64,000 bases of DNA from Acidobacteriota bacterium (GCA_965209055.1 OZ242374.1:5440001-5504000); one strand, 5' to 3'; positions 47,735-57,847 are shown, counted from the stretch's first letter. The notes: generated from the letters alone by a model not told the origin. Numbers and translations are program-made.

Positions 47735-47816
47735 GGAGCGGCGATTTCCAATCGCCGAACTCCTAACCGACAAACTTGGCGGCAAAGACTGGGCGATTTA
47801 TAAATTGCCCCCCTCC
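47735..47816. repeat. REP-like inverted doublet
   Basis: GGAGCGGCGATTTCCAATCGCCG and an inverted partner GGGCGATTTATAAATTGCCCCCCTCC, each an imperfect hairpin, in an intergenic region. Confidence 0.55.
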
Positions 47817-47876
47817 TTTTGCTTAGTGGGATATGGGAACTCTTCACCTGCACGTGCTATAGATTGGGGCCGCACC

Positions 47877-49337
47877 ATGCCGGAGAAAAGGCCGAACGTA
47901 CTGCTCATTTGCGCCGACCGCTGGTCCGGACTCTTCACCCGTTCGGCGGGACATCCGGTGGCGATGACACCCACCGTCGACCAACTGGCCCGAAACGGCG
48001 TCCAGTTCGACCGCGCCTATTCGGCTTGCCCCGTCTGTATTCCCGCCCGGCGCAGCCTGATGACGGGCCTTTCGCCGCGAAACCACGGGGACCGGGTCTT
48101 CAACGAGACTATGGAGATGCCGGACCCGGAAAAGGTTCCGACGCTGCCCGGGCTCTTCCGGAGGGCCGGCTACCAGGCTCATGCCGTCGGCAAGCTCCAT
48201 GTCTACCCCCAGCGCGACCGCATCGGCTTCGACGAAGTGATCCTGAACGAGGAAGGGCGCCACCATCTGGATGACGGCAAGGCCGACGACTGGGAACTCC
48301 ATCTGGCCGACCAGGGCTATCCGGGCCAGGAGTACGCCAGCGGACTCAGCAACAACGACTACCTGACCCGCTCCTGGCACCTGCCTGAGCGTTGTCATCC
48401 CACCAACTGGGCGGCGGAGCAGATGTGCCGCACCATCCGGCGCCGCGATCCCCGGAAGCCCGGCTTCTGGTATCTCTCCTTCGTGGGACCTCATCCGCCA
48501 CTCTGGCCGCCGGCCGCATATCTCGATCTCTACCGGAATCTGGAACTGGACCCGGCGGTCCACGGAGACTGGTCCCGGTCGTTCGAGGACCTGCCCTGGA
48601 GCGTCAAGCCCTACATGGACCAATTCTGCCTGCGAATGGCCACCCCAGGGGAGATCGACCTGGCGAGACGGGGTTTCTACGCCACCCTCACCCACATCGA
48701 TCACCAGATCCGGATGGTTCTGGGAACGCTGCGCGAAGAGGGGCTATTGGAGAACACCATCGTGGCCTTCACGGCGGATCACGGCGACATGCTGGGAGAC
48801 CACCAGATGTGGTCCTTGGGAGTCATGTACGAGAAGTCCGCGCGGGTCCCCCTCATCATCGTCCCGGCCGCCGGTGACGAGCGATTCCCGCCGGGCAGCC
48901 GTGACCATCGCCTGGCGGAGCTTCGGGACCTGGCGCCGACGCTGCTGGACCTCTGCGGGCTCGAGCCTCCCGCAGTCCTGGACGGGATCTCTCTGGCCGG
49001 CGGCGACGACCGGGACCATCTCTACGGCGAATTCCGGGAGGGTCCCATGGCCACCCGCATGATCCGCGACCGGCGTTACAAGCTCATCTACTATCCGGTG
49101 GGCAACGTTTTCCAGTTGTTCGATCTGGACCAGGACCCCCTGGAGCAAACGAATCTGGCCGGACAGGCTTCCCTGCGGGAGGTTCAGGACCGCCTGGCGG
49201 GGCTGCTGGTGGACCACCTCTACGGATCGGACCTGGAGTGGCTCCGGGAGGGCCGTCTCACGGGGTTGCCGGACCGGGAATACGTCCGGTCTGCAAACCG
49301 GGGCCTGAGCGGCCAGAGAGGCTGGCGGTTCCTTTGA
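47877..49337 (+). CDS. Cytoplasmic sulfatase-like hydrolase (choline-sulfatase/PMH-like), tandem copy 1
   Basis: Motifs NVLLICADRW, CIPARRSLMTG, GKLH, GPHPP, DHGDM and WSLGVMYEKSARVPL. 486 aa. Confidence 0.9.
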   Translation: MPEKRPNVLLICADRWSGLFTRSAGHPVAMTPTVDQLARNGVQFDRAYSACPVCIPARRSLMTGLSPRNHGDRVFNETMEMPDPEKVPTLPGLFRRAGYQAHAVGKLHVYPQRDRIGFDEVILNEEGRHHLDDGKADDWELHLADQGYPGQEYASGLSNNDYLTRSWHLPERCHPTNWAAEQMCRTIRRRDPRKPGFWYLSFVGPHPPLWPPAAYLDLYRNLELDPAVHGDWSRSFEDLPWSVKPYMDQFCLRMATPGEIDLARRGFYATLTHIDHQIRMVLGTLREEGLLENTIVAFTADHGDMLGDHQMWSLGVMYEKSARVPLIIVPAAGDERFPPGSRDHRLAELRDLAPTLLDLCGLEPPAVLDGISLAGGDDRDHLYGEFREGPMATRMIRDRRYKLIYYPVGNVFQLFDLDQDPLEQTNLAGQASLREVQDRLAGLLVDHLYGSDLEWLREGRLTGLPDREYVRSANRGLSGQRGWRFL

Positions 49338-49421
49338 CGTGGGATTCCAAAGACCGGTGAAGACCCGAATAAGAGAACCGGGGACCTTTCACGGCGAGGT
49401 GCTATAGACTGGAGTCCGGCC

Positions 49422-50882
49422 ATGCCAGAGAAACGCCCCAACGTGCTGCTCATCTGCGTGGACCACTGGTCCGGACTCTTCACACGCCCGGCCGGGCATC
49501 CGGTGGTCATGACTCCCACCATCGCACAGATGGCCCGTAACGGCGTCCACTTCGACCGTGCCTATTCGGCTTGCCCCGTCTGCATTCCCGCCCGGCGCAG
49601 CCTGATGACGGGCCTTTCGCCGCAATGCCACGGGGACCGGATCTTCAACGAATACATGGAGATGCCCGACCCGGAAACGGTGCCGACGCTGCCCGGCCTC
49701 TTCCGGGAGGCCGGCTATCAAGCCCATGCCGTCGGCAAGCTCCATGTCTATCCCCAGCGCGACCGGATCGGCTTCGACGAGGTGATCCTCAACGAGGAAG
49801 GGCGCCACCATCTGGATGACGGATACGCCGACGACTGGGAGCTCTACCTGGCCGACCAGGGCTATCCGGGGCAGGAGTACGCCGGCGGGCTCAGCAACAA
49901 CGACTACGTCACCCGTTCCTGGCACCTGCCCGAACACTGCCACCCCACCAACTGGGCGGCGGCGCAGATGTGCCGCACGATCCGGCGCCGTGACCCCAGG
50001 AAACCCGCCTTCTGGTATCTCTCCTTCGTGGGTCCGCACCCGCCCGTCTGGCCTTTGGCCGCGTATCTGGACCTCTACCGCAATCTGCCACTGGACCCGA
50101 CGATCCGGGGCGACTGGTCCCGGTCGTTCGAGGACCTGCCCTACAGCATCAAGCCCTACATGGACCAGTTCTGCACGCGCCTGGCCACTCCGGGCGAGAT
50201 CGACCTGGCGAGAAGGGCCTTTTACGCCACCATCACCCACATCGATCACCAGATCCGAATGGTTCTGGGAACGCTGCGCGAAGAGGGGCTGTCAGAGAAC
50301 ACCATCCTGGCCTTCACCGCGGATCATGGCGACATGCTGGGAGACCACCAGATGTGGGCCAAGGGAGTCATGTACGAGAAGTCGGCCCGCGTTCCCCTCA
50401 TCATCGTGCCTGCGGCCGGTGACGAGCGATTCCCGCCGGGCAGCCGTGACCACCGCTTGGCGGAACTCCGAGACCTGATGCCGACGCTGCTGGACCTCTG
50501 CGGCCTCGAGCCTCCCGGCTCCCTCGACGGAATCTCTCTGGCCGGCGACGCGGACCGTGACCATCTCTACGGCGAATTCCGGGAGGGTCCGGAGTCGACC
50601 CGCATGATCCGCGACCGGCGCTACAAGCTCATCTACTATCCGGTCGGCAACGTCTTCCAGTTGTTCGACCTGGACCGGGACCCCCTGGAACAGCGGAATC
50701 TGGCAGGGCATGACTCCCTGCGGGAGGTTCAGGACCGTCTGGCGGGGCTGTTGGCGGACCATCTCTACGGCTCGGACCTGGAGTGGGTCCGGGAGGGCCG
50801 TCTGGTGGGGCTGCCTGACCGGGAATACGTCCGCAAGGCGAACCGGGGCCTGGGCGCCCAGAGAGGCTGGCGGTTCCTTTGA
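49422..50882 (+). CDS. Cytoplasmic sulfatase-like hydrolase, tandem copy 2
   Basis: Motifs NVLLICVDHW, CIPARRSLMTG, DHGDM and WAKGVMYEKSARVPL. 486 aa, colinear with copy 1. Confidence 0.92.
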   Translation: MPEKRPNVLLICVDHWSGLFTRPAGHPVVMTPTIAQMARNGVHFDRAYSACPVCIPARRSLMTGLSPQCHGDRIFNEYMEMPDPETVPTLPGLFREAGYQAHAVGKLHVYPQRDRIGFDEVILNEEGRHHLDDGYADDWELYLADQGYPGQEYAGGLSNNDYVTRSWHLPEHCHPTNWAAAQMCRTIRRRDPRKPAFWYLSFVGPHPPVWPLAAYLDLYRNLPLDPTIRGDWSRSFEDLPYSIKPYMDQFCTRLATPGEIDLARRAFYATITHIDHQIRMVLGTLREEGLSENTILAFTADHGDMLGDHQMWAKGVMYEKSARVPLIIVPAAGDERFPPGSRDHRLAELRDLMPTLLDLCGLEPPGSLDGISLAGDADRDHLYGEFREGPESTRMIRDRRYKLIYYPVGNVFQLFDLDRDPLEQRNLAGHDSLREVQDRLAGLLADHLYGSDLEWVREGRLVGLPDREYVRKANRGLGAQRGWRFL

Positions 50883-50901
50883 CGCCGGACCCGGAGATCT
50901 C

Positions 50902-52206
50902 ATGAAATCCGGAAGCGGGATCCGGACCTCCTCCATTTTGATGCTGGCGGCGGCGACGTCGCTGCTTCTGCCGGCCCAGGAACGGGAGCCCAACTACGAC
51001 GAGGAGAAGGTGCCCTCCTACGTCCTCCCCGATCCCCTGGTGACGCAGGACGGCCGCCGGGTCAAGACCGCCAGGGACTGGCGGGAGATCCGCCGTCCCG
51101 AGATCCTGGAGCTCTTCCGCTCCCAGATGTACGGGCGCCGTCCCGGACCGCCCCGGGAACTGAGATCCCGGGTCACCTCCGTGGATACTCGTGCCCTGGG
51201 CGGCACAGCCGTCCGAAAAGAGGTCTCCCTATACTTCAGTCCGGAGCAAGACCTCCCCCGGATGGATCTCCTGATCTACCTGCCGGCATCCGCTTCCGAT
51301 CCGGTCCCGGCGTTCCTGGGTCTCAATTTTGGCGGGAACCATTCCATCCATCCGGACCCCGGCATCGCCCTGCCCGAGACCTGGATGCGCCCTTCCCGGG
51401 TGGAAGGTGCGGTGGTAAAGAACCGGGCCACGGAGAGGGGCCGCGGAACATTGGCCCGCCGCTGGCCGGTGGAGAAGATTCTGGGCCGCGGCTACGCCCT
51501 GGTGACGGCCTACTACGGGGACATCGATCCCGACTACCACGACGACTTCCAAAACGGGGTTCACTCCCTATTCTACCGGCCGGGACAGACTCGGCCCGAC
51601 GCGGACGAGTGGGGGGCCATCGCCGCCTGGGCCTGGGGATTGAGCCGGGCCCTGGACTACCTGGAAACCGATCCGGGCATCGACCCGGCCAAGGTGGCGG
51701 TGCTGGGCCACTCCCGGCTGGGCAAGACCGCCCTCTGGGCCGGCGCCGAGGACGAGCGATTCGCCCTGGTCATCTCCAACAATTCCGGTTGCGGCGGCGC
51801 GGCCCTGAGCCGCCGCCGCTTCGGAGAGACCGTGGAGAGAATCAACCGCGTCTTTCCCCACTGGTTCTGCGGGAACTTCAAGCAATACGGCGACCACGAG
51901 GAGAGGCTCCCGATGGACCAGCACCTGCTGGTGGCCCTGATGGCTCCCCGTCCGGTCTACGTGGCCAGCGCGGTGGAGGACCGATGGGCGGATCCGAGAG
52001 GCGAGCACCTGTCGGCCCGGCACGCGAGCCCCGTCTACGCGCTGCTGGGGCTGCCCGGCCTGCCCGGGGACTCCATGCCCGGCGTGAACCAACCCCTCAC
52101 GGGCACCATCGGCTACCACGTCCGGAGCGGCCGCCACGACGTGACCGGCTACGACTGGGACCGGTATCTGGATTTTGCCGACCGGCACCTGCGCAAGGGC
52201 CGTTAG
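50902..52206 (+). CDS. CE15 glucuronoyl esterase-like alpha/beta hydrolase, secreted
   Basis: Motifs NYDEEKVPSYVLPDPL, WGAIAAWAWGLSRALDYL, GHSRLGKTA, NNSGCGGA, DQHLL and WADPRGE. Confidence 0.9.
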   Translation: MKSGSGIRTSSILMLAAATSLLLPAQEREPNYDEEKVPSYVLPDPLVTQDGRRVKTARDWREIRRPEILELFRSQMYGRRPGPPRELRSRVTSVDTRALGGTAVRKEVSLYFSPEQDLPRMDLLIYLPASASDPVPAFLGLNFGGNHSIHPDPGIALPETWMRPSRVEGAVVKNRATERGRGTLARRWPVEKILGRGYALVTAYYGDIDPDYHDDFQNGVHSLFYRPGQTRPDADEWGAIAAWAWGLSRALDYLETDPGIDPAKVAVLGHSRLGKTALWAGAEDERFALVISNNSGCGGAALSRRRFGETVERINRVFPHWFCGNFKQYGDHEERLPMDQHLLVALMAPRPVYVASAVEDRWADPRGEHLSARHASPVYALLGLPGLPGDSMPGVNQPLTGTIGYHVRSGRHDVTGYDWDRYLDFADRHLRKGR

Positions 52207-52928
52207 CCCGACATGGCCGGGACCCGGACCAGCCGGTCCTCCTCCTGGCACCACGCCGTCAGCTCGCCTCCGTAGACGCACCCCGAATCGAGGCCCATGG
52301 TGAGGCCGCCGCGGTAGAACCCCCGCGCCGCCCAGTGCCCATGGACCACCAGGGCGTTTCCCCGGTAGAAGCTGTCCCATGGCTGGTAAGGCGGCGTGCA
52401 GCCGGCGGGGGGGCCGCTGTACTTCAGGGGATGACCCTCGGCGGTGCAGCAGCGGACCGACGTGGCGAACCGGACCCGGTCGCTCCGGAGCCAGGCGTCG
52501 TCGTGAGGCGCCGCGTTGAGCCTGCGCGCCACATCCGGCAGGTCGTTCCATGTGGGCTTCAGGCCGGCGTGCACGATCCACGCCCCGGGTCCTCCGCCCG
52601 GCGACGGGAGATGCACCAGCACCGGACAGGCTCTCAGCCGGGCCATATGTTCGTCGACGTCAGGTGCGGCAAACAGTGCCCGGAGAGACTTGGGCGGCTC
52701 GGGCCGGACTCCCGAGAAGGCGAGCAGGGCGTGAATCTCGTGGTTTCCCAGGAGCGAGCGCCCGCCGATGTCCGACCAGATCCTCAGGGTGGCCAGCGAG
52801 TCGGGTCCCCGGTTGATCAGGTCGCCAAGGCACCACAACTGGTCCCGTTTCGGATCGAAACGGATAACCGAGAGGAGTTTTTCGAACTCCCGGGCGCAAC
52901 CTTGAACATCGCCTACGACCCAGCGCAC
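52203..52928 (-). CDS. apaH: ApaH-like symmetrical bis(5'-nucleosyl)-tetraphosphatase
   Basis: Motifs VGDVQGC, GDLINRGPDSL, LGNHE, VHAG, HGHWAA and LDSGCVYGG. Confidence 0.8.
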   Translation of the reverse strand: MRWVVGDVQGCAREFEKLLSVIRFDPKRDQLWCLGDLINRGPDSLATLRIWSDIGGRSLLGNHEIHALLAFSGVRPEPPKSLRALFAAPDVDEHMARLRACPVLVHLPSPGGGPGAWIVHAGLKPTWNDLPDVARRLNAAPHDDAWLRSDRVRFATSVRCCTAEGHPLKYSGPPAGCTPPYQPWDSFYRGNALVVHGHWAARGFYRGGLTMGLDSGCVYGGELTAWCQEEDRLVRVPAMSG

Positions 52929-52955
52929 GACACCTCCCCGGTCACTAAGGAGTGT

Positions 52956-55900
52956 TTACCGCACCGGAAAACGGCCGCACCAATCCCGGGCGTTCTGGAA
53001 GAGCCGGAGCCACGGGGAAACTTCCAGGCGATCCTTCCAATCCTGGGGCATCCAGCCCCATTGCCACTTGAGGGAGGTTCGCTCCGGATGGGGCATCATG
53101 GCCAGGTGGCGGCCGTCGGGGGAGCAGAGCGCGGCGATTCCATCCGCCGAGCCGTTGGGATTGAGGGGGTAGTCGCCGGTGACCCGGCCCGAGTCGTCCA
53201 CGTAGCGGATGGGCGCCAGGCGCCGTTCCCGGATTCGGGCCAGCGTCGACTCCTGAGGAAAGAACGCCCGCCCCTCCCCGTGGCTCACCCAGATGCCCAG
53301 AACGGATCCGGCCATCCCCTTCAACATCACCGCGGGACTCTCCTGGATGCGGACCGTGGAGAAACGGGACTCGAAGCGTCCCGACCGGTTGCGAACAAAA
53401 CGGGGCTGAATCGAAGTCTCGATTCCCCGCCACGGGATCCAGCCCAGCAGGGCCATGAGCTGACAGCCGTTGCACACTCCGAGGCTGAAGCTGTCGGGAC
53501 GATGATAGAAGCGCTCGAACTGTTCCCAGAGTCCGGGGTTGAACCGGATGACCCCGGCCCAACCCTTGGCCGAGTCCAGGACATCCGCGTAGCTGAAGCC
53601 CCCGACGAAGGCGACACCGCGAAACGAGGAGAGTTGGACGGAGCCGGAGAGCAGGTCGGACATGGTCACGTCCCAGGCCTCGAATCCGGCCAGATGGAAG
53701 GCGGACGCCATCTCCCGATCCCCGTTGCTTCCCTCTTCCCGCAAGATGGCCACCTTGGGAAGTCCTTCTCCCGCGAGCCGGTCCGGCGCGGTTGCCCGGG
53801 GAGTGAAGGAGAGAGCGTAGGCCGGCGTCCGCCTTCGCTTGAGGGAACGGCGCTCCTGACGGACGCAGTCCGGATCGGCTTGCAGCAGCTCGATCCGGTA
53901 GCTGGTCTCCTCCCAAAGGTCCCTGAGCTCCCGGACGTCGCCTTCCAGGACGACGCCCCCCTCCACCCGGATCTCCACCCGGGGTCCCGTCAGCGTGCGG
54001 CCAATCGTCCGGACGGGGATGTCCGCACCCTGCAGGATCCGGCGAACCCGCGCCTCCGCGTCGGCGCTCACCTCAATGACCAGTCCCAACTCCTCCGAGA
54101 ACAGAAGGGGAAGAACTTCGCCTCTTTCGGAACCTTCCAGATCCACCTCGACGCCGCAGTCCCCCGCGAAGGCCATCTCCAGGATCGTCGTGAGCAGTCC
54201 GCCTTCGCTCCGGTCGTGGCCGCTGGCGAGGAGCTTCTTTCCAATCAGCGTCTGGACCGCCTCGAAGGCCCGGCCCAGGAGCCGGGTGTCCTCCAAGTCG
54301 GGAGGTTCGTCTCCCAACTGTCCGTACACTTGCGCCAGAGCCGAGCCTCCGAGCCGGTTCCGGCCCTTCGCCAGGTCCAGGAACAGGAGCCGCCCCTGCC
54401 CCGGCAGCTTCAGGTCGGGGGTGACGGTCCCGTCGATGTCGGGGCAAGTGACGTAGGCGGACAGGACCAGCGCGCCCGGCGCCTTCACCGTCTCCTCCCG
54501 GCCCGAATCGCCCAGCGGCGCCAAGGCCGCCATGGAAAGGCTGTCCTTGCCTCCATCCACGGCGACTCCCAGTTCCAGGAGCGCGTCCCGCAATGCCGCC
54601 GCGGCGGCGTAGACCCGGGCTCCCTCCCCCGGGAGCTTGGCCGGCCACATCCAATTGCCCGAGCACTTCACGTCCTGGAGATGACTCACCGGAGCCCAGA
54701 CCAGGTTGGTCAGGGCCTCGGCCAAGGACATCCGGGCCATGGCGCCGGGATCCAGCAACCCCAGAATCGGCTTTTCTCCGATGGCGGTGGCGGCGCCGGT
54801 GGACCCGAAGTGGCTCTGTGCGATGACCGCAACGTCGGAGAGCGTCAACTGGAGGGGACCGACGCACTGTTGCCGGGCGACCAGACCGGTCACGCTGCGG
54901 TCCACCTTGTTGGTCAGGAACCGCTTGGACCCCACCGAAACCAGACGAAGGACCCGCTCCAGCGCCTCCCGGACCGACGCGGAGCCGGGCAGCCGGAGCG
55001 GCGTCGATTGCGGCGGCACCCGCTCGAGATGGAAGACCTTTCGCGGCATGGATCCCAACACCTGCTCCAACTCCAGGTCCACCGGAGTCGATCCGTCCCG
55101 CTCGTCGAAAAGGACGATCCGCCCGTCGCCCGTGACCCGTCCCACGAAGGCGGCCGGCACCTTCTCCCGCCGGCAGAGATCGAGAAACACTCCTGAGTCG
55201 GCCGGTCTCAGCAACAGGGCGTCCTGCTCCTGGTATTCGGCCACCCAGATCTCCAGAACCGACAGGGTGTCGTCTCCAACGGGGATCTTTCGTAGCTCGA
55301 TTCTGGCCCCGGCCGGTTCGGCAATCTCCTTGAGCACGTTGCAGTTTCCGCCGGCGCCCTGGTCGTGGATGCTGACGATGGGGTTCCCTTCCCCCATCTC
55401 CACGCAGGCGCGGATCACCCGGTTGACCTTCTGCTCCATCTCGGCGTCGCCGCGCTGGACGGCGTTGAAGTCCAGCTCGGCCACGTTCTCCCCCTGCACC
55501 ATGCTGGAAGCGGCTCCCCCGCCCAGACCGATGCGATAGGCGGGACCTCCGATCTTGACCACCCACATCCCTGCTTCGGGCACTTCCTTGCGCAGGTGGC
55601 GGGCGTCGATCTGGCCGATTCCCCCGGTGAACATGATGGGCTTGATCCACTCGCGCCGCTCGCCGTCCGGCAACCGCAGACCGAAAGAGCGGGTAAAGCC
55701 CTGGATCAGCGGTTCTCCGAACTTGTTGCCGTAGTCGGAGGCGCCGTCGCTGGCCTCGATCTCGATCTGCAGGGGAGAGGCCAGGTTCTCGGGATATCGG
55801 AAATCGCTCTCCTCCCAGGGCAGCTCGTACCCGGGAATACGCAGGTTGCCCACACAGTAGGCGGCCGTGCCGGCCACCACCAGGGACCCCTTCCCGGTGG

Positions 55901-56888
55901 CGTGGACGTCCCGGATGCGCCCGCCGGTCCCGGTCTCCGCTCCGGGAAAGGGAGCGACGCCGGACGGGAAGTTGTGGGTCTCGGCGGTGAAAATGATGTC
56001 GTGGTCCACCTGGGAGGAGATCATCGGTCCCGCATGGCCCGGCTCCGAGGGCAGCAGGGTCTCGATCCGGTATCCGCGAATCGCGCTTGAGTTGTCACGA
56101 AAAGCGATCACGCTGTTGCGGGGATTGGCCTCCATCGGCTCCTGGATCAGTTCCAGCAGCGACGACGCCTGCTCCTGTCCGCCGATGACCATCCGGCCCT
56201 TGAAGAACCAGTGACGGGAGTGCTCGCTGTTGGACTGGGCGATGTCGAAGCACTCCACGTCGGTGGGGTCGCGGCCCAGCCGCCGAGCGAACAGATCGGT
56301 GTAATAGTCCAGGTCCCAGTCGTCGAAGGCGAGACCGGCCTCCTGGTTCAGCCGCTCCAGGGCGGCTCTGCCCTCCTGAAGAATCGGGACCCGAAAGCTG
56401 GCCTCGGGGCGGACCGCCCCGTTGAACGACGTGAGGGGCGCGTCATAGGGGCACTCGGTCATCCGGTCGTGGACCAGCGCCAGAAAGCGGCTCCGCTGGC
56501 GGCTCGAGAGCCGGTTCGCTCCTCTCAGAAGGTATCGCCGGGATCGTTCGATCCGGGTGACCTCCTCCAGACCGCAGGAATGGCAGACGGCGACGGCATT
56601 GGTGCACCAGGCCGTCTTGAAGCTCAAGCGGGGTCCCACCTCAAGGCACGTTCCCTCGCCGGAGAGAAAGGACCGTGCACCGAATCTTTCCGGCTCGAAG
56701 GTCTCGCCCAGGAGCCAGGACAAGAGCTTCTTTCCTTCTTCCGTCAGCCGGCCGGCAGCTTCCACGTAGAAGCAGTACTCGGTTTCGATCCCGGCGATCT
56801 CCAGGCCCAGCGCCGCGCGGACCTTCCGGACCAACTCTCTCTCGTTTGCTTCGGAGAGCACCGGTGTCCGGTAGAACTGAGTCAGCAC
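52956..56888 (-). CDS. purL: Phosphoribosylformylglycinamidine synthase, large single-chain form
   Basis: Motifs QSNSEHSRH, AETHNFP, KPIMFTGG, SKRFLTNKVDRS, GGKDSLSM, GHDRSEGG, GGFSYADVL, LGVCNGCQ and MMPHPER. Confidence 0.96.
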   Translation of the reverse strand: MLTQFYRTPVLSEANERELVRKVRAALGLEIAGIETEYCFYVEAAGRLTEEGKKLLSWLLGETFEPERFGARSFLSGEGTCLEVGPRLSFKTAWCTNAVAVCHSCGLEEVTRIERSRRYLLRGANRLSSRQRSRFLALVHDRMTECPYDAPLTSFNGAVRPEASFRVPILQEGRAALERLNQEAGLAFDDWDLDYYTDLFARRLGRDPTDVECFDIAQSNSEHSRHWFFKGRMVIGGQEQASSLLELIQEPMEANPRNSVIAFRDNSSAIRGYRIETLLPSEPGHAGPMISSQVDHDIIFTAETHNFPSGVAPFPGAETGTGGRIRDVHATGKGSLVVAGTAAYCVGNLRIPGYELPWEESDFRYPENLASPLQIEIEASDGASDYGNKFGEPLIQGFTRSFGLRLPDGERREWIKPIMFTGGIGQIDARHLRKEVPEAGMWVVKIGGPAYRIGLGGGAASSMVQGENVAELDFNAVQRGDAEMEQKVNRVIRACVEMGEGNPIVSIHDQGAGGNCNVLKEIAEPAGARIELRKIPVGDDTLSVLEIWVAEYQEQDALLLRPADSGVFLDLCRREKVPAAFVGRVTGDGRIVLFDERDGSTPVDLELEQVLGSMPRKVFHLERVPPQSTPLRLPGSASVREALERVLRLVSVGSKRFLTNKVDRSVTGLVARQQCVGPLQLTLSDVAVIAQSHFGSTGAATAIGEKPILGLLDPGAMARMSLAEALTNLVWAPVSHLQDVKCSGNWMWPAKLPGEGARVYAAAAALRDALLELGVAVDGGKDSLSMAALAPLGDSGREETVKAPGALVLSAYVTCPDIDGTVTPDLKLPGQGRLLFLDLAKGRNRLGGSALAQVYGQLGDEPPDLEDTRLLGRAFEAVQTLIGKKLLASGHDRSEGGLLTTILEMAFAGDCGVEVDLEGSERGEVLPLLFSEELGLVIEVSADAEARVRRILQGADIPVRTIGRTLTGPRVEIRVEGGVVLEGDVRELRDLWEETSYRIELLQADPDCVRQERRSLKRRRTPAYALSFTPRATAPDRLAGEGLPKVAILREEGSNGDREMASAFHLAGFEAWDVTMSDLLSGSVQLSSFRGVAFVGGFSYADVLDSAKGWAGVIRFNPGLWEQFERFYHRPDSFSLGVCNGCQLMALLGWIPWRGIETSIQPRFVRNRSGRFESRFSTVRIQESPAVMLKGMAGSVLGIWVSHGEGRAFFPQESTLARIRERRLAPIRYVDDSGRVTGDYPLNPNGSADGIAALCSPDGRHLAMMPHPERTSLKWQWGWMPQDWKDRLEVSPWLRLFQNARDWCGRFPVR

Positions 56889-56995
56889 GAATCCTCCCTC
56901 CGGACCCTATTGTAGCCCTCCCCTCCCGACATGAAGAGGGGGGACGGAGAAAATGGCGCAGCCGGGTTCGTAGTAGACTGGCCGGGAGAATTTTC

Positions 56996-57349
56996 ATGTC
57001 GGAAAAGGATGACCTGGTCGTCATCTTCGCCGGAAGCGTCTTCGACGCGACCCTGGTCAAGAACCTGTTGGAGGGGGCGCAGATCGAAGCCTGCCTGCTG
57101 GACGAGCAGATGGGACGCCTGATCCCCTTCTACCTCTCCGCAATGAGTGCGGGAGCGGTCAAGGTGGCCGTGCGGCCGTCCGATGCGGAGGAAGCGAGGA
57201 TCGTGTTGTCCGCCACCGGCGAGCCCGTGCCCGGGGAGGACGGAACCTGGGACTGTCCCGGTTGCGGCGAGGCCATCGAGGCCCAGTTCGGGGCCTGTTG
57301 GAAGTGCCAGGCGCCCCGTCCCGAGGAAAATCCATCGACTCCCGTCTGA
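56996..57349 (+). CDS. DUF2007-like domain protein with C-terminal zinc finger
   Basis: DATLVKNLLEGAQIEA...VKVAVRPSDAEEAR, then WDCPGCGE...FGACWKC. Confidence 0.8.
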   Translation: MSEKDDLVVIFAGSVFDATLVKNLLEGAQIEACLLDEQMGRLIPFYLSAMSAGAVKVAVRPSDAEEARIVLSATGEPVPGEDGTWDCPGCGEAIEAQFGACWKCQAPRPEENPSTPV

Positions 57350-57490
57350 CGGATACTCTGGCCAAGCGGACGTCCACCTCTCCCCGGCGCCAAGAATTCG
57401 TATAGGAAGAGTCGAAGACCAGGAAGATCTCTCCCGGTTTCATCTCCAACAAGGGAAAACCGGGACAAAGGTGACAGTTCTGACTTGACG

Positions 57491-57534
57491 TTGACGAAAC
57501 GCATTCTTCCGTTTAATATGACCAAATTAGTCAT
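57491..57534 (+). promoter_or_regulatory. TA-operon promoter TTGACG-17-TAATAT with autoregulatory palindrome ATGAC-N7-GTCAT
   Basis: -35 at 57491..57496 and -10 at 57514..57519. The inverted repeat at 57518..57534 overlaps the -10 and the start codon. Confidence 0.7.
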
Positions 57535-57847
57535 GAACAAAAAGAATCTCGCAAACTACCTTGATCAGACCGGGCAGGCCGGTTCGACGTGGCTTCACGG
57601 GTGGAAGTTGGGAGAGGCCAAAGCCAAATTCAGCCACGTCGTCCGCCTCGCTGCCTCCGGCCAGCCGCAACGTGTGACGGTTCGCGGCAAGGATGCGGTC
57701 GTCATCGTCGCGGCGGACGAGTACGAACGCCTCCGTGCCCGAGCTACGTCGGAGAGCCTTCACGAATTATTGTGTCAATCCCCTTTGAACCGCTTGGATT
57801 TCGACGTGGAAGGCGTGCAGAGTCCGGTCCGAGAGGTCGAGTTGTGA
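57533..57847 (+). CDS. Phd/YefM-family antitoxin
   Basis: WKLGEAKAKFSHVVRLAASGQPQRVTVRGKDAVVIV. Overlaps the toxin start (GTGA). Confidence 0.88.
   Translation: MNKKNLANYLDQTGQAGSTWLHGWKLGEAKAKFSHVVRLAASGQPQRVTVRGKDAVVIVAADEYERLRARATSESLHELLCQSPLNRLDFDVEGVQSPVREVEL

Noticed and set aside
51609-55196. 1195-aa plus-strand ORF
   Set aside because: It is an antisense/alternative-frame shadow of purL, apaH and the CE15 gene in high-GC DNA, with no recognisable motifs.
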